Assembly: GCA_951406725.2 (NCBI GenBank)
Contig: OX597823.1
Span: forward strand, 116,994,001 to 117,058,000
Reading direction: 5' to 3'
DNA: 64,000 bases
DNA from: Octopus vulgaris
Lineage: Eukaryota
This document shows, one piece after another, positions 12,411-24,894 of the stretch (position 1 is the first letter of the stretch; every line of letters starts with the position of its first letter). The notes beneath the pieces are model-generated. The model did no database searches, was not told where the DNA came from, and was given only the letters and a program-made list of their open reading frames with translations. A program made the position numbers and the translations under genes.

Positions 12411-13057
12411 AATACAAAAGATGACTGAAATCTTAGAATATGATTTCTTTTTCTTAAATAAAACAAGAATACTTTTACAAAACAAAACAAAAAAAATGCT
12501 AGAGTTTGCTTCTGATGAAACATTATTTCCAGATCAGAGCAGCACGGCAGTTTCCACTGGTAACCTAATCACCTTGGCAACACTACCACTACTCTATCTT
12601 AACTCGGTTGTAACTGGTGAATGGAGATTTGAGATATGGTAATCCACACTTTGTTGGAATACATGAAACTGTAATGGAAGACTGAATGACCCCTAATGTA
12701 CAGATCAATCATCAGAACTGGACGCTTAGATGGGAAATCAATTGGTCCATCTAGTAGCCGGTTCCTTCTGAATTTTCTTTTAAGATAGTGGGCACTTTGA
12801 TAATGATATTCGAAACCAACTGGAAAAACTGAAAACCACAGTGATTGATAAACAACTGTACAGTGATTAATGAATAACTGATTGATAATGGCATTAAATA
12901 TATTATGCCTGTTTACTTTTCGTACTTATCATTTGGCAGACTCAAAGCCACATAAGTTTAAAACAAATCAGTTCAATAGGTTATATCAGAACACAACAAA
13001 ACCTGGAGAGAATTTTCTATGTCCAGAAATGGAACAACAATGAAATTATTAATCATA

Positions 13058-13226
13058 GGCGCAGGAGTGGCTGTGTGGTAAGTAGCTTGCTTACCAACCA
13101 CATGGTTCCGGGTTCAGTCCCACTGCGTGGCACCTTGGGCAAGTGTCTTCTACTATAGCCTTGGACTGACCAAAGCATTATGAGTGGATTTGGTTGACGG
13201 AAACTGAAAGAAGCCCGTCGTATATA

Positions 13227-13266
<40 letters not shown>

Positions 13267-13478
13267 TATATGTTTCTGTGTCTGTGTTTGTCCCCCCCCA
13301 ACATCGCTTGACAACCGATGCTGGTGTGTTTACGTCCCCCGTCACTTAGCAGTTCAGCAAAAGAGACCGATAGAATAAGTACTAGGCTTACAAGGAATAA
13401 GTCCTGGGGTCGATTTCCTCAACTAAAGGTGGTGCTCCAGCATGGCCACAGTCAAATGTCTGAAACGAGTAAAAGAGT
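13058..13478 (+). mobile_element. Full-length tRNA-derived CORE-like SINE (octopus-type)
   Basis: A box tggctgtgtggt, B box ggttcagtccc, CORE-like 'ccttgggcaagtgtcttc', internal TA/TG tract, 3' 'gagtaaaagagt'; close copies at 32234 and 52287. Confidence 0.88.
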
Positions 13479-14561
13479 TGTTTGTTGTTTTGTAAATCTA
13501 CTCCTGGAAATACTCAATCTTCGAACACACAAACCTAAAACAGGCGAACCTCGACTTGTGGCGTTTTTGAGTAATGTCATTTTTGCCTTTACATTGATTT
13601 TTAGAGAAATGGAAAATTAAAGAAATGGAAAATTAAACCTCAGCTTCTGTTGATTCATCTGACATTATGTCTGTCTTGTGGAACATATTTGAAGTGAAAA
13701 ATTTTTTTAAAAATCCAATACTGAAGTGGAAAATCAAATAATAATAATAATGAAATTCTTGTATAGAATGCTCTTTGAAAATATGTACAAACCATTTATT
13801 AAAACAGATATAAGCTGATAATTTTTTTTATGTTTTCTTGTGTTACATCATTTTTTTTTAGTTAAGTTGCATGTCAGGAACCAATAAGTTAAGGTATCTC
13901 AGTATTTCTATACTTCAGGTAAAACTATACCAGATGTTGCTTATGTAATATTTAGCAGTATTTCAGTTGGAAAAAATATTTTAATTACGTCAGAAATATT
14001 ATTGCTGTTCACATGATTCTTATGTCACTCTTTTAATTGACATAAAGTAATCATTCTGTAAAATATCATCATATGTTCCTTCTTCTGTCCTTTCATATGA
14101 AGTCAAACATGACCACCTCACATGAAGTTTTCTTTGTGGTTCGTCCCCAACAGGTAACCATCTACATCAATGGAGAGCGATTTAACATGCAACATATACC
14201 TTCCATGTGGTACTACATGCTTGGGTGTTACACATTACTAATCCTATATTCCCACTGTTTACAGTAGTTAACTATACCCTTCCATAGCAAATTATATTAT
14301 ATTATGACATCCATACCTTGAGGGTATGCTCTAGCACTTGCCACCATCTTTCTCTCTCTTCCTTTACTCTACCATCCAATTTATATTCTGATCCCCATTC
14401 CTTGTGAGTATGCCCTGGCACTACCATCTCTCTCCTGCTCTTTCTTGTGCTCTTCTTGTCTCCCAATGTCTCTCTTTGTCTCTTGCTCTTCCCTCAGGCT
14501 GGATAGCCATGTATCTCCTTTACAGCAGCACACTTGTTCCCATCCTCATTCTTGAACACCT

Positions 14562-14600
<39 letters not shown>

Positions 14601-14843
14601 CTATATATATATATATATATAACTCTCTCTCTGTGGTTCGGTAACCATGTACCTCCTGTACAACAAGACACATGTTTCTGCCTCTCTGTCTCTCCATCAC
14701 ACGTGGACCTTCCATCACCTGACACAAAATCACTTCCTATAATGTCCCCTCTCCTCTAAAAGGATCTTTGTCTTCTTCCTCCAGTGCCCCCCACTCTGCT
14801 CAAAGAATTTTTGTCTAGCAAGTTGCTTGGTGATCCTGCATCC

Positions 14844-14898
<55 letters not shown>

Positions 14899-14904
14899 TA
14901 TACA

Positions 14905-15180
14905 TATATACACTGTCCACACTGTAAAGTGTTTGTCAACTGGAAGGGCATCCAGCTGTGAAAAACCATGCTAAAACTGGCCTTTCCTGTGCTGGTTCCA
15001 TATAGAAAGCACTCTGTCCACTCTGCCGGGTGGTTGGTGTCAGGAAGGGCATTCAGCTGTAAAAACTGTGCTGAAACAGATCCAGAAGTCAGGTGCAGGC
15101 TCATGGCTGCCCATCTCCTATCAAACTATCCAACCCATGCCAGCATGGGAGCCAGACACGTTAAATGATGATGATGATGG
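14905..15180 (+). mobile_element. SINE-like repeat with (GAT)n tail (family D)
   Basis: 'gggcatccagctgt..cccatgccagcatgg..cgttaaatgatgatg' shared with 24895-25420 and 62380-62800. Confidence 0.7.
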
Positions 15181-15238
15181 TGAATCATATATAAAAGCAA
15201 AAACAAAAAAAAACAGTGTATATTTATATATATATATA

Positions 15239-15396
15239 AAAATAATATGTTACAATTATTCAATAGTCAAGATAAAACTCTGAGTTTTATCTTGACTATT
15301 GAATAATTGTAACATATTATTTTATAGATAAATTTCCTCTATTTACATAATATTGAGGTCTCTTTCTTTCATTTGTTATCTTACCGTTTTTACCAA
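15239..15396. mobile_element. Perfect 42-bp-arm palindrome plus one-sided tail in (TA)n
   Basis: 15239-15280 is the reverse complement of 15282-15323 with a 1-nt spacer; tail 15324-15396. Confidence 0.8.
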
Positions 15397-15450
15397 TATA
15401 TATATATATATATTGTTATATATGTATATATATATTGTTATATATGTATA

Positions 15451-15900
15451 GGCACAGGCATGACTGTGTGGTAAGAAATTTGCTTCCTAATGACATGGTT
15501 CCAGGTTCGTTCCCACTGTGTGGCACCTTGGGCAAGTATCTTCTACTATTACCTTGGGTCGAACAAAGTTTTGTAAGTGGATTTGGTAGATGGAAACTGA
15601 AATAAGGTTGTCATATATATATATATATATACACCAAATACATACGTTTTATTTATTATTTTGCACATTACTTAATCATCGTTATATTTTTTATTTTATA
15701 TTTAATATTTCTATTATATGTAATTTTCTAGATGGTGTAATTTAATTTTTCATTTTGATAAAAGCTGGTTTTTCTAATTCATATATATATTTGTGTGTGT
15801 GTGTGCCAATAAGTCCTGGAGTTTATTTGTTCAACTAAATGCGATGCTCCAGCATGGCCACAGTCAAATGACTGAAAGAAGTAAAAGAATAAAAGAATAA
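15451..15900 (+). mobile_element. CORE-like SINE interrupted within its internal TA tract
   Basis: Head 15451-15612, tail 15808-15900, AT-rich insert between. Confidence 0.7.
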
Positions 15901-16079
15901 GAAATACTGTTTTTTTTCTTGTACCCTAAGTAGCCAAGAAATAAACTAGAACATCGGACGGGAGCTCCATGTGCCATCAGAAGGAACCAACCACCCTTGG
16001 CTATTTACTGAGAGAAATTCAGTATCTGCCTGGATATTATATTCCTCCTCTTACTATTTTTATTTATACGTAAATATAA

Positions 16080-16117
<38 letters not shown>

Positions 16118-16394
16118 AAACACATACAAACATGCACACGTTTGTATGCACATATGTACATTGGAATAAACTTTTTTTTTATGTACATATATTTGTCCAA
16201 CCCATACCAGCATGGGAAAGAGGCATTAAAGGATTGTGATTTTATGTGTGTTCATATCCATTCATACACACAAGATAATAATGTTCAGGACAGAGAAACT
16301 GAGATTTTATGAGAGTGAAAAAGTTGGAATTTAATCTCCATCTTCAAGTGTGTGTGTGTTGGACTGTACTTTATGTATTTGTGTAAGCATTCTA

Positions 16395-16400
16395 CATATG

Positions 16401-16461
<61 letters not shown>

Positions 16462-16558
16462 GTATGTATATATATATATGTATATATATATGTATATATA
16501 TATATGTATATATGTATGTATATATATATGTATGTATATATATATATGTATATATATG

Positions 16559-16591
<33 letters not shown>

Positions 16592-16625
16592 GTGTATATA
16601 TATATGTGTATATATATATATGTAT

Positions 16626-16665
<40 letters not shown>

Positions 16666-16666
16666 G

Positions 16667-16736
<70 letters not shown>

Positions 16737-16780
16737 TATCTATATATATGTGTGTGTGTATAAATATATATATATATATC
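16395..16780. repeat. Long (TA)n/(TATG) microsatellite
   Basis: Directly visible. Confidence 0.97.
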
Positions 16781-16849
16781 AATAAATATTACATTCATGC
16801 AATATAGTTACACACACAATATACATACATATATGTATATATGTGTGTG

Positions 16850-16887
<38 letters not shown>

Positions 16888-19357
16888 TATGTATGTATAT
16901 TGTGTGTGTAACTACATTGCATGAATGCAATATTTCATGTTTGTTATATGCATATGCATAGAGTGGCATGCACACATATAATAGCCACAATAATCTTCAC
17001 ACACATGCCCAACAACATTACACGTACACACACACACACCGAATGGGCCGATCTATTAAAAGTGAAACATTCAAAATAACATAATCAGTGAATGATGGCT
17101 TAAAGTTTAATCTAAATCATACTTTAGAAAACTATGAATACATCAACGTGTGTAGATATGTGTGTATGTGTGTGTTTATATATCAATATGCATGTGTGTG
17201 TTGTGGGTATATAGATATATGCATAAATACATCTTATATATATATTTGCATATGTGTGTGTATGTATGCACTGTGTGTGTATATATATATATATATAGTA
17301 ATATATATATGTAGGTTCATCTGAATGTGTGAGTGTGTTTGTGTGTGTGTATCTAAGAGTGACTGATTGAGTGTGTCTTTATGTGGTTTCATGTGTATGT
17401 CTCTGCAAATATGTGTGTGTGTGTATACATGATATATAAAAGGCAAGAAGGAAAAGACCATGTCTTAATTACTGAATATTTATGCTTGTTCCATAGTGAG
17501 AAGATTTACCAGATTTAAAGAGTCATCGTCATCGTCATCATATTCCACCCCTACCCTCCGCAACCATTATCTTGGTCGTCATCATTGTACATCATCATCT
17601 TCATCATCATCATCATCATCATCATTACCCCCTCAATTTTATGCTACTTCAACCCACTGCCACCACCACCATCATCATCATCATCATCATCATCATTATC
17701 AGCATCATCATCATCATTGATTAGATCACTGTAACTAAAGTTGTAAAAAATCAATAAAGTCCAATCAAAATGACATCCGTGATAAATGTTTTAGCTTCTT
17801 ACAAGGTCAAAAGTTAGAAAATCTATTCACAGCAAATTAAGGCTGTTTTTTGTTAACATTATGGAATATCTTCTTGGTAAGTGTGTGTGTATGTGCATTA
17901 ATGTGTGCATGTATGAATATATATATATGTAGTATAAATACGTATGTATGTATATATATATGTATTTAGGTATATAATACTTTTCAATACTTATATATAT
18001 ATATATATGTTTGTGTACACACATATAATATATACATGTATATCTATTGTTTTATCTATAAATTATTGGGCAACTTCCTGAAAGTAATTTCAGTTGGTTA
18101 GGAAAGTTTTCCCAGGAAAGCCATAATCAATTCTACTTTACTTACTGTTTAATATTCCACAGTAAAATTCATCTCCTTTTCGACCTGGGTGTCCAGATAT
18201 TTGATTCCAGTTTCCAGAAACACATATAATGATGGGACAGCAACACTAATGTGATGCTATTGATAATCACTGTTAAGTGCTATCATCAAAAATATGTATA
18301 AAAAAATTACAGCAAAAATGCTAAAATAAGACCGTTATTAGTAAACATTGGCTACCAATAAAGAGTAGGGAGGTGGACATAGCCATTTCCTCTTCCCTGC
18401 TAAAATGGTTCTGCCTCATATAACAAGATAATGGTGCAGCTTTTTCTTACTTTGTCAATTTTCTTTTAATTATTTTCAATAAATCCCAATAATCTTTACA
18501 AGTCACTGCTGACCAAAGTTTCTGCAAAATCATGCATGAAATGGTATGGAACCAGAATAGCCAAAAGAATGAATATTCTGTAAAATGGCTATTAGGAAGT
18601 CTTCGGTTCACTTAAGATTTTGAAAATAAATTGAAAGGCTTTCTCTTTACTGAGATGGAACACTATTTTCTAAATCTGAAATGAATTCCTTTTTTGGTTT
18701 TTGTTTGTTTAATTCTCTCCCCACAGTGTTGACCATTATTATGTACACAGTAGGACTCTTTGAAGAGAGAAGAAAGATGTTGTAGGTTGGTTTTACAAAG
18801 GTTTGTGTCATCCAAGTATTGCAACACTTGACTGGGTACATTGTTGTCAAATGTTCATCTGAAGAATCATAGCCTAGACTAGGTGGAATATGTAGACTAC
18901 AAGAAGTGTCCGGAAGAATTAATTTCTGATTCACAGTCTGAAATGGTGAGATGAACAAAGTATTGGTATTTTAAACTTCAGTGAAGTGACATTGTACCTC
19001 ACCAATCACTGCTACTGTGTGTATGTGTATGTGTTGGGGTGGTGGTATTGAGTAGTCTACTGAACAAGGGGAATAACCTTTTCCACTTCAATTTATGACA
19101 AGACATTGGGTCAGAACAATGGTAGAATGACATACCAGTGCATTCAGACACCAAACTACAACTGGTTCAGTGAAGTAAATTTCAGATAATTTAAGCAAAA
19201 TGAGTTACAAGAAATGACTCAGAGTGACCAGTGGCATGTATTTGAACAATATACTTATGTTAGACAAAATTATATACCTGTATTAGACAAATACAGGTAT
19301 ATGAGATACCATACAACATGAATTCTTAAGTTATTAAAATTATCTCTGCCTCTAGAG

Positions 19358-19560
19358 CAGTTGTTCCCAAACATTTTCAGGCTGCTACCCCTTGGCACCC
19401 AGGCCACATTCCTAGCAACCCTTCCCCACTCATAACTACAAATGTAGACCATTTCCTGTCACAAATTCAAAACAACAGTATTTCACAAATAAAGAGCCAA
19501 TTAACCCAATATTTTGTTTGCTTTTACATCCATCGCCCTTTTTCGCCACCCAATCATCAC
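19358..19560 (+). mobile_element. Possible hAT (Charlie-like) MITE end
   Basis: Starts 'cagttgttcccaaac', resembling hAT TIRs; no partner TIR seen. Confidence 0.3.
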
Positions 19561-19564
19561 CCCA

Positions 19565-19715
19565 CTTTCAGTTTCCGTCTACCAAATCCACTCACAAGTC
19601 TTTGGTCAACCCGAGGCTATAGTAGAAGACACTTGCCCAAAGTGCCAAGCAGTGAGACTGAACTCGGAACCATGTGGTTGAGGGTTGAGAATCAAGCTTC
19701 TTACCACACAGCCGT
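19565..19715 (-). mobile_element. CORE-like SINE 5' half
   Basis: Reverse complement of 13065-13210. Confidence 0.8.
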
Positions 19716-20378
19716 GCATGTGTCAAATACTTGATTTACTTTCAGTAACATGTCTCTGATTTAATTTTTGATTTATTTTTGATTCATTTTTCATTTACTT
19801 TATTTGTTATTTAATCAATTTAATTTTTATTTTTTTATTACTTAATTTAATTATTTATTTTTGATTTATTTTTTATTTCATTTTCATTTATGTTTTGGAA
19901 TATTTTTAGCAACATGTCTTTCTTTTGATAAAAAACATAAATGAAAATTCTTGTAACGATGTATCTGATAAGAGTTCTCTTATAAAAATACATCGAAAGG
20001 AAGACAACAAGAAACCACTTTTGTGTTCTTATATGAAAATTTACATACAACTTCCTAAGGAATTACCAGGAGACACTTCTTGACAAGATGGTACAAGGAA
20101 GGAAGAAAGAAAATATTACAGTCATAAAGACAGTGCTCCAGCATGACCGCAGGCACATGACTGGAACAAGGAAAAGAGTAAAACAATAAAGAGTTGAAAC
20201 ATATAATTCTGTGCTTATGTTAGAACTCTCTCTCATTATTTTCCAGGTTAATAAAGGTGAGTCTGATCCATCAGTAAGGATAGGATTTGATCCATGACTA
20301 AGGGAAGATCCAACCCATCTGTAAAATGGCACTATCTAATCCATCAAACAATCATAGTATATTATCAGGAATTATTGT

Positions 20379-20609
20379 TATTTCTTTATTGCCCACAAGG
20401 AGCTAAACATAGAGGGAACAAACAAGGACAGACAAAGGGATTAAGTCGATTACATTGACCCCAGTGCGTAACTGGTACTTATTTAATCAACCCCGAAAGG
20501 ATGAAAGGCAAAGTCGACCTCGGTGGAATTTGAACTCAGAACGTAGCAGCAGACAAATTACCGTTAAGCATTTCGCCTGGCGTGCTAACGCTTCTGCCAG
20601 CTCACCACC
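20379..20609 (-). mobile_element. Full-length Nin/Deu-domain SINE
   Basis: Minus strand: ggtggtgagctggcagaa...ccttgtgggcaataaagaaata; close to 59644-60057. Confidence 0.85.
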
Positions 20610-20621
20610 TTACTTTTTTGG

Positions 20622-20799
20622 GACTCCTTGGTCCGTGTTTCAAGACAGGTCAGGTAGATTGCCGATGCTAGTTGCTGACTGGCAGCAGCAGGCAGATTGC
20701 AAGGGAGGCAACACGGTAGCACACGGGCGGCCAAGTCATGTGCTGCAGAAACGGTGCACAACTCGCTGCATCATGCTTGCTGAGGGCAAGGTGCATTAC
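20622..20799 (-). pseudogene. 28S rRNA fragment (3' part of the D2 expansion segment plus the conserved flank)
   Basis: 'gactccttggtccgtgtttcaagacaggtcaggtagattgccga' is antisense to the universal LSU motif GACCCGTCTTGAAACACGGACCAAGGAGTC, with CpG-type decay; the adjacent sequence is GC-rich. Confidence 0.85.
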
Positions 20800-21834
20800 C
20801 AGGAATTATTGTATTATTGTATTCATGTCATCAAATACCGCAGAGAGATAAAAGAAACAATTGACTACCAGAAGACTTGAACCTAAATACAGAAACAAAA
20901 CATACAGAATTTGGTATTCAACCATTTCAGGAAATTCCATCACTTTTCTGTAAATACTAAACCTATTCGAAAATTATAGAAGAGGAAAGATGAAGATGAC
21001 ATTGACGAGGATGATAAGAATTGAAGAATTAAGGAAGGAAATGGAGGATAAAAATTAAAACTAAGTAAAAAGCAAAAGAAAAGAAGATAAAAAAAAACAA
21101 CTTTATTTTATTGCAAGCCATTAATAGTTATTCTTCGAGATGGAACTATTTACCAGTTTGAGTTTAATACTATGATAAGAACTACCAATACCTGCAAAGT
21201 AAAGATGCCATTTTTATGAATATTCAGTGTGGTAATCAGTCCACTGATTGAGTACACTTTTGCCTGAGGGTTGCAAGACTTTGTCATTACAGCTTTCATC
21301 TAAGCTACATAGCGAAGATTTTGTCCATTACAGCAACATGAACAACAACAACAACAACAACGACGACGACGACAACGTTTGTTTCGAAGTGGATAGTGAA
21401 AGTGAAAGAGATTAGCCATTCTGCTGTTCTCTTTTCTTATTGAATCAATAATTGAAAAGATAACTGGGTCTAACGAATAAGATTCAGCAAGGAAATAGTA
21501 ACCAGTTGACGCACTCAACCAGACAGATACTGGTTCATGAGTGTGTGTGTGTGAGAGAGAGAGAGACTGTGTGTGTGCATGCATGCATACACACGTGTGT
21601 GTGGCTGGATGTGGGTGAATAGGTAAGGAGTTGTTTGGCTGTAACTAGGTGTATGTTTATGAGGGATATATATATATATATATATATGTGTATACATATG
21701 TGTGTGTATACATATGTGTGTGTGTGTGTATATATATATGTATATATATGTGTGTGTGTATATATATGTATATATGTATGCATATTGTATCTATGTCTCT
21801 CTTTCATTCTTTCTCTCTCTCTCTTTCTCTCCCT

Positions 21835-21872
<38 letters not shown>

Positions 21873-22489
21873 TTGGTAAAATTGATTGACTAACGTCTGT
21901 GTGTGTGCGTGTGTGTGTGTGTACACACGTATACTTACCCTGTGTGCGATGGAATAGGTAAGCAGTAGTGGTGTATGTTCGGCTCTCGATCCAAAGCAGA
22001 AATAATGATGTGTGGAGAGAGAGAGAATCAATGTCTATCTTTATGTCTCAATTCGGAGAACACACTTCTTCAAATATAGACAAATATGAAAAAAAAGTAA
22101 AAGAATGAAGCAATCAAGATTAAAAAAAAAACGAAAAACAGTCAAAAATAAAAACCAGAAAGAAAAAAATGCCTAGAAAAGAGATTCCCAAACAAAACTG
22201 AATCCATCTTGTATGCTTGTGTTTATAGATAAAACACCAATTAAAGCTAACATCATTTAGCCTCATTATTCCTGTTGTTGTTGTTGTTGTTGATGATGAT
22301 GATTGTAATAGTGAAGATAGAGAACGAAAATGTGGAGAAAAAGATAAGGAAGGGAGAGAAATCAAAACAGAACACTGCAGAGCTAAACAGAACAATTTCG
22401 TATTATACATAAACAAGAGCAGTAACTTGTATATAGGACATTCTATGTTTTAAGACATCATCATCATCGTCATCATTTATCATCATCAT

Positions 22490-22900
22490 CATCATTTAAC
22501 GTTTGTTGTCCATGCTGGCATGGGTTGGATGGTTTGCCCAGGGCTGGTAAGCTGAGGGGCTGCACCAGACTCCAGTCTGATTTAGCATTATTTCTACAGC
22601 TGGAGGCCCTTCCTAACACCAACCACTCTGAGAGCATAATGGGTGCTTTTACATGTCACCAGCACAGGTGCCAATTGCATATCACCAGTATCTTCCATAA
22701 CTAGGATTTCATGTGGCTTCATGGGTCTTTTAGTCAAGCACAGCATATTGCCAAAGGCCTTGGTCATTTGTCATTACCTTTATGATGCCCAATGCTTCAT
22801 ATGTGCCACTAGCAATGGATGCTAGTTACACGACACTGGCACTGGCCACTGTTTGTCTCCATGAGGCCCTCTGCTCAAAAGCTGCTCTTTATGTGCCATC
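22490..22900 (-). mobile_element. Family D SINE-like repeat
   Basis: (CAT)n then 'ttaacgt..ccatgctggcatgggttgg', the reverse complement of the family 3' end. Confidence 0.7.
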
Positions 22901-22904
22901 AGCA

Positions 22905-23420
22905 TGAGTACCATCAAAGTGACACTGGGGTGCAAATATACAATGTCCAGTATACCCATCATGACTACCCGTCTGATAAGGATATACCAGGCACATGCAT
23001 CACAACCACATGTGCGCTACAGTGCATGACCTTGCAGGTGGGACCCAGTTAGAATTTTCTTCAAGTTGAGTAGCCCATTCCACTCAAAACTTCCCTGAAT
23101 AAGGTTTGTTTAAGGATGAACAAAACGGCCATGTTTCCAGAGGTGAATTATTCAAACCCCAGAGAATTCCTCTCAACACATGGCTTTATGATGCGTCCTC
23201 ACAACTTCTGCTCATGATCATAGATGCACATATCGTCAGCCAACAAGGGACATGCTCAGCTGGTTAATGTCGAACAACTGACAAGTAAATCTGTGGTATT
23301 CCGTAGAATATTTGCTGTAGCCCAGCTTTTATACTAAGACAAATCAGGTGCATGATAACACTTCCAATCAGTCAAGATCAGAAGCCATGAGAGCCTGTGC
23401 CTGGTATTGCATCAGGGCAT
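22905..23420 (-). mobile_element. Family E interspersed repeat
   Basis: Aligns to 4620-5130. Confidence 0.75.
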
Positions 23421-23527
23421 TTCTTCTTCTTCTTCTTCTCCTCCTCCTCCTCCTTCTTCTTCTTCTTCTTCTTCTTCTTCTTCTTCTTCTTCTTCTTCTT
23501 CTTCTTCTTCTTCTTCTTCTTCTTCTC

Positions 23528-23569
<42 letters not shown>
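23421..23569. repeat. (CTT)/(CCT)/(ATT) compound microsatellite
   Basis: Directly visible. Confidence 0.95.
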
Positions 23570-23775
23570 GGTAGAATCTTTAACATGCCAAGTAAAATGC
23601 TTAGCAATATTTTTGCCTGTCTTTACATTCTAAGTTCAAATTCTGCTGAGGTTGATTTGCCTTTCATCCTTTTTGGGTCAATAAATTAAGTACCAGTTGA
23701 GTACCAGAGTCAATGTGATTGACTGTCCCCACTCCCCAGAAAATACAGGCCTTGTGCTTGTAATAGAATGGATTC
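23570..23775 (+). mobile_element. Nin/Deu-domain SINE
   Basis: Family core. Confidence 0.8.
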
Positions 23776-24407
23776 TTCTTCTTATTATTATTATTTTTTT
23801 TCTTCTTTCAAATTTGCTTCCATTTCTTGCCGAGTTATATTAGTTTGGCGTCTTAAAGACAACAATATAACTTTCAAGTTGGATTGGTTCATATTGCCTG
23901 TATCCTTTCCTTTTGATAAGGGCAGGAGATTTTGTAACATTTGTAACTCTGACCTCTTCCATATTATTTTTGCTAAGGTTCCCCTAGTAAACACATTCAT
24001 AGAAAAATTGTACAAATGTAAACATTGGCAGAAACACACTTTCTACTCATATAAATGATGACGATAGTCACTGTGGTTTTAACAATTAGCTTCACGTCCA
24101 CACCACTGCTATAGACAAATTCTTTCCTAAGCCTCTGAACATTCTTTCAATCAACGTACACTTCCCCTTCCCTACCTATTACTCCTTTATATCTTCCCTT
24201 ACTACTACCTATCTTTGACGTCTGTCTCTCCCTCACACACACACACAATCTCACACACACAGACACAAATGCAGTTATATACACACACACATACACACAC
24301 ACACAAACACACGCACTCATTAACACAAGCACACACCCACACATTTCCATACATACAGCAAACATACTGTCCCCTATCTATTTTTACTTCCTCCTACTAT
24401 CTATTTT

Positions 24408-24415
24408 TGACGTCA
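24408..24415. promoter_or_regulatory. Consensus CRE (TGACGTCA)
   Basis: Perfect palindrome in non-repeat sequence, with a half site at 24216-24220; function unproven. Confidence 0.25.
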
Positions 24416-24894
24416 GTGCTTATAATGGATTTTAAAAAAAAAACACTCATTATCGCTGTGATCACCATGTAGGCAATCATCGAAATTTTTGTTTGTCTTG
24501 TTGTTGAGAGAGGCTCCTTTTCTTTTCTGATGAGAAGATTGCATAATGCACCCTTTATTCCTTCGGAATGAAAATATGCTGTCTTCGAAACATGTGTCGA
24601 GAGTAAAGGAATTTTGTTAACATCTTCGTTCGACTCCATTCTTTCATTTATTCATATACAACACACAAATTTCTACACATGAACCCAGAGTTTCTACCCT
24701 TGACAGGTCGCTTCAACCATGTTTTCTGAAGTGAATTTGCTACCCAGGTTTCGGTTAAACGAATTTTTCATGCTGAGAATAAACATAGGATAATTCATTC
24801 ACCTACTTATATATATATATATATATATATGTCTCCATGTTTGTTTTTTATTATTCTAAAGACACCTATTATTATGAAGATTGTTTCTGTTTTC

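Noticed and set aside
13058-13135. tRNA genes at SINE heads
   Set aside because: Only A/B-box-like remnants continuing into SINE bodies; no complete cloverleaf.
14128-14159. Pyrimidine tract-CAG|GTAACC as a recursive splice site
   Set aside because: Weak donor, adjacent to probable repeat-derived sequence, and no host gene established.
20622-20799. Functional rDNA unit
   Set aside because: Only ~180 bp, CpG-decayed and enclosed by a TSD.
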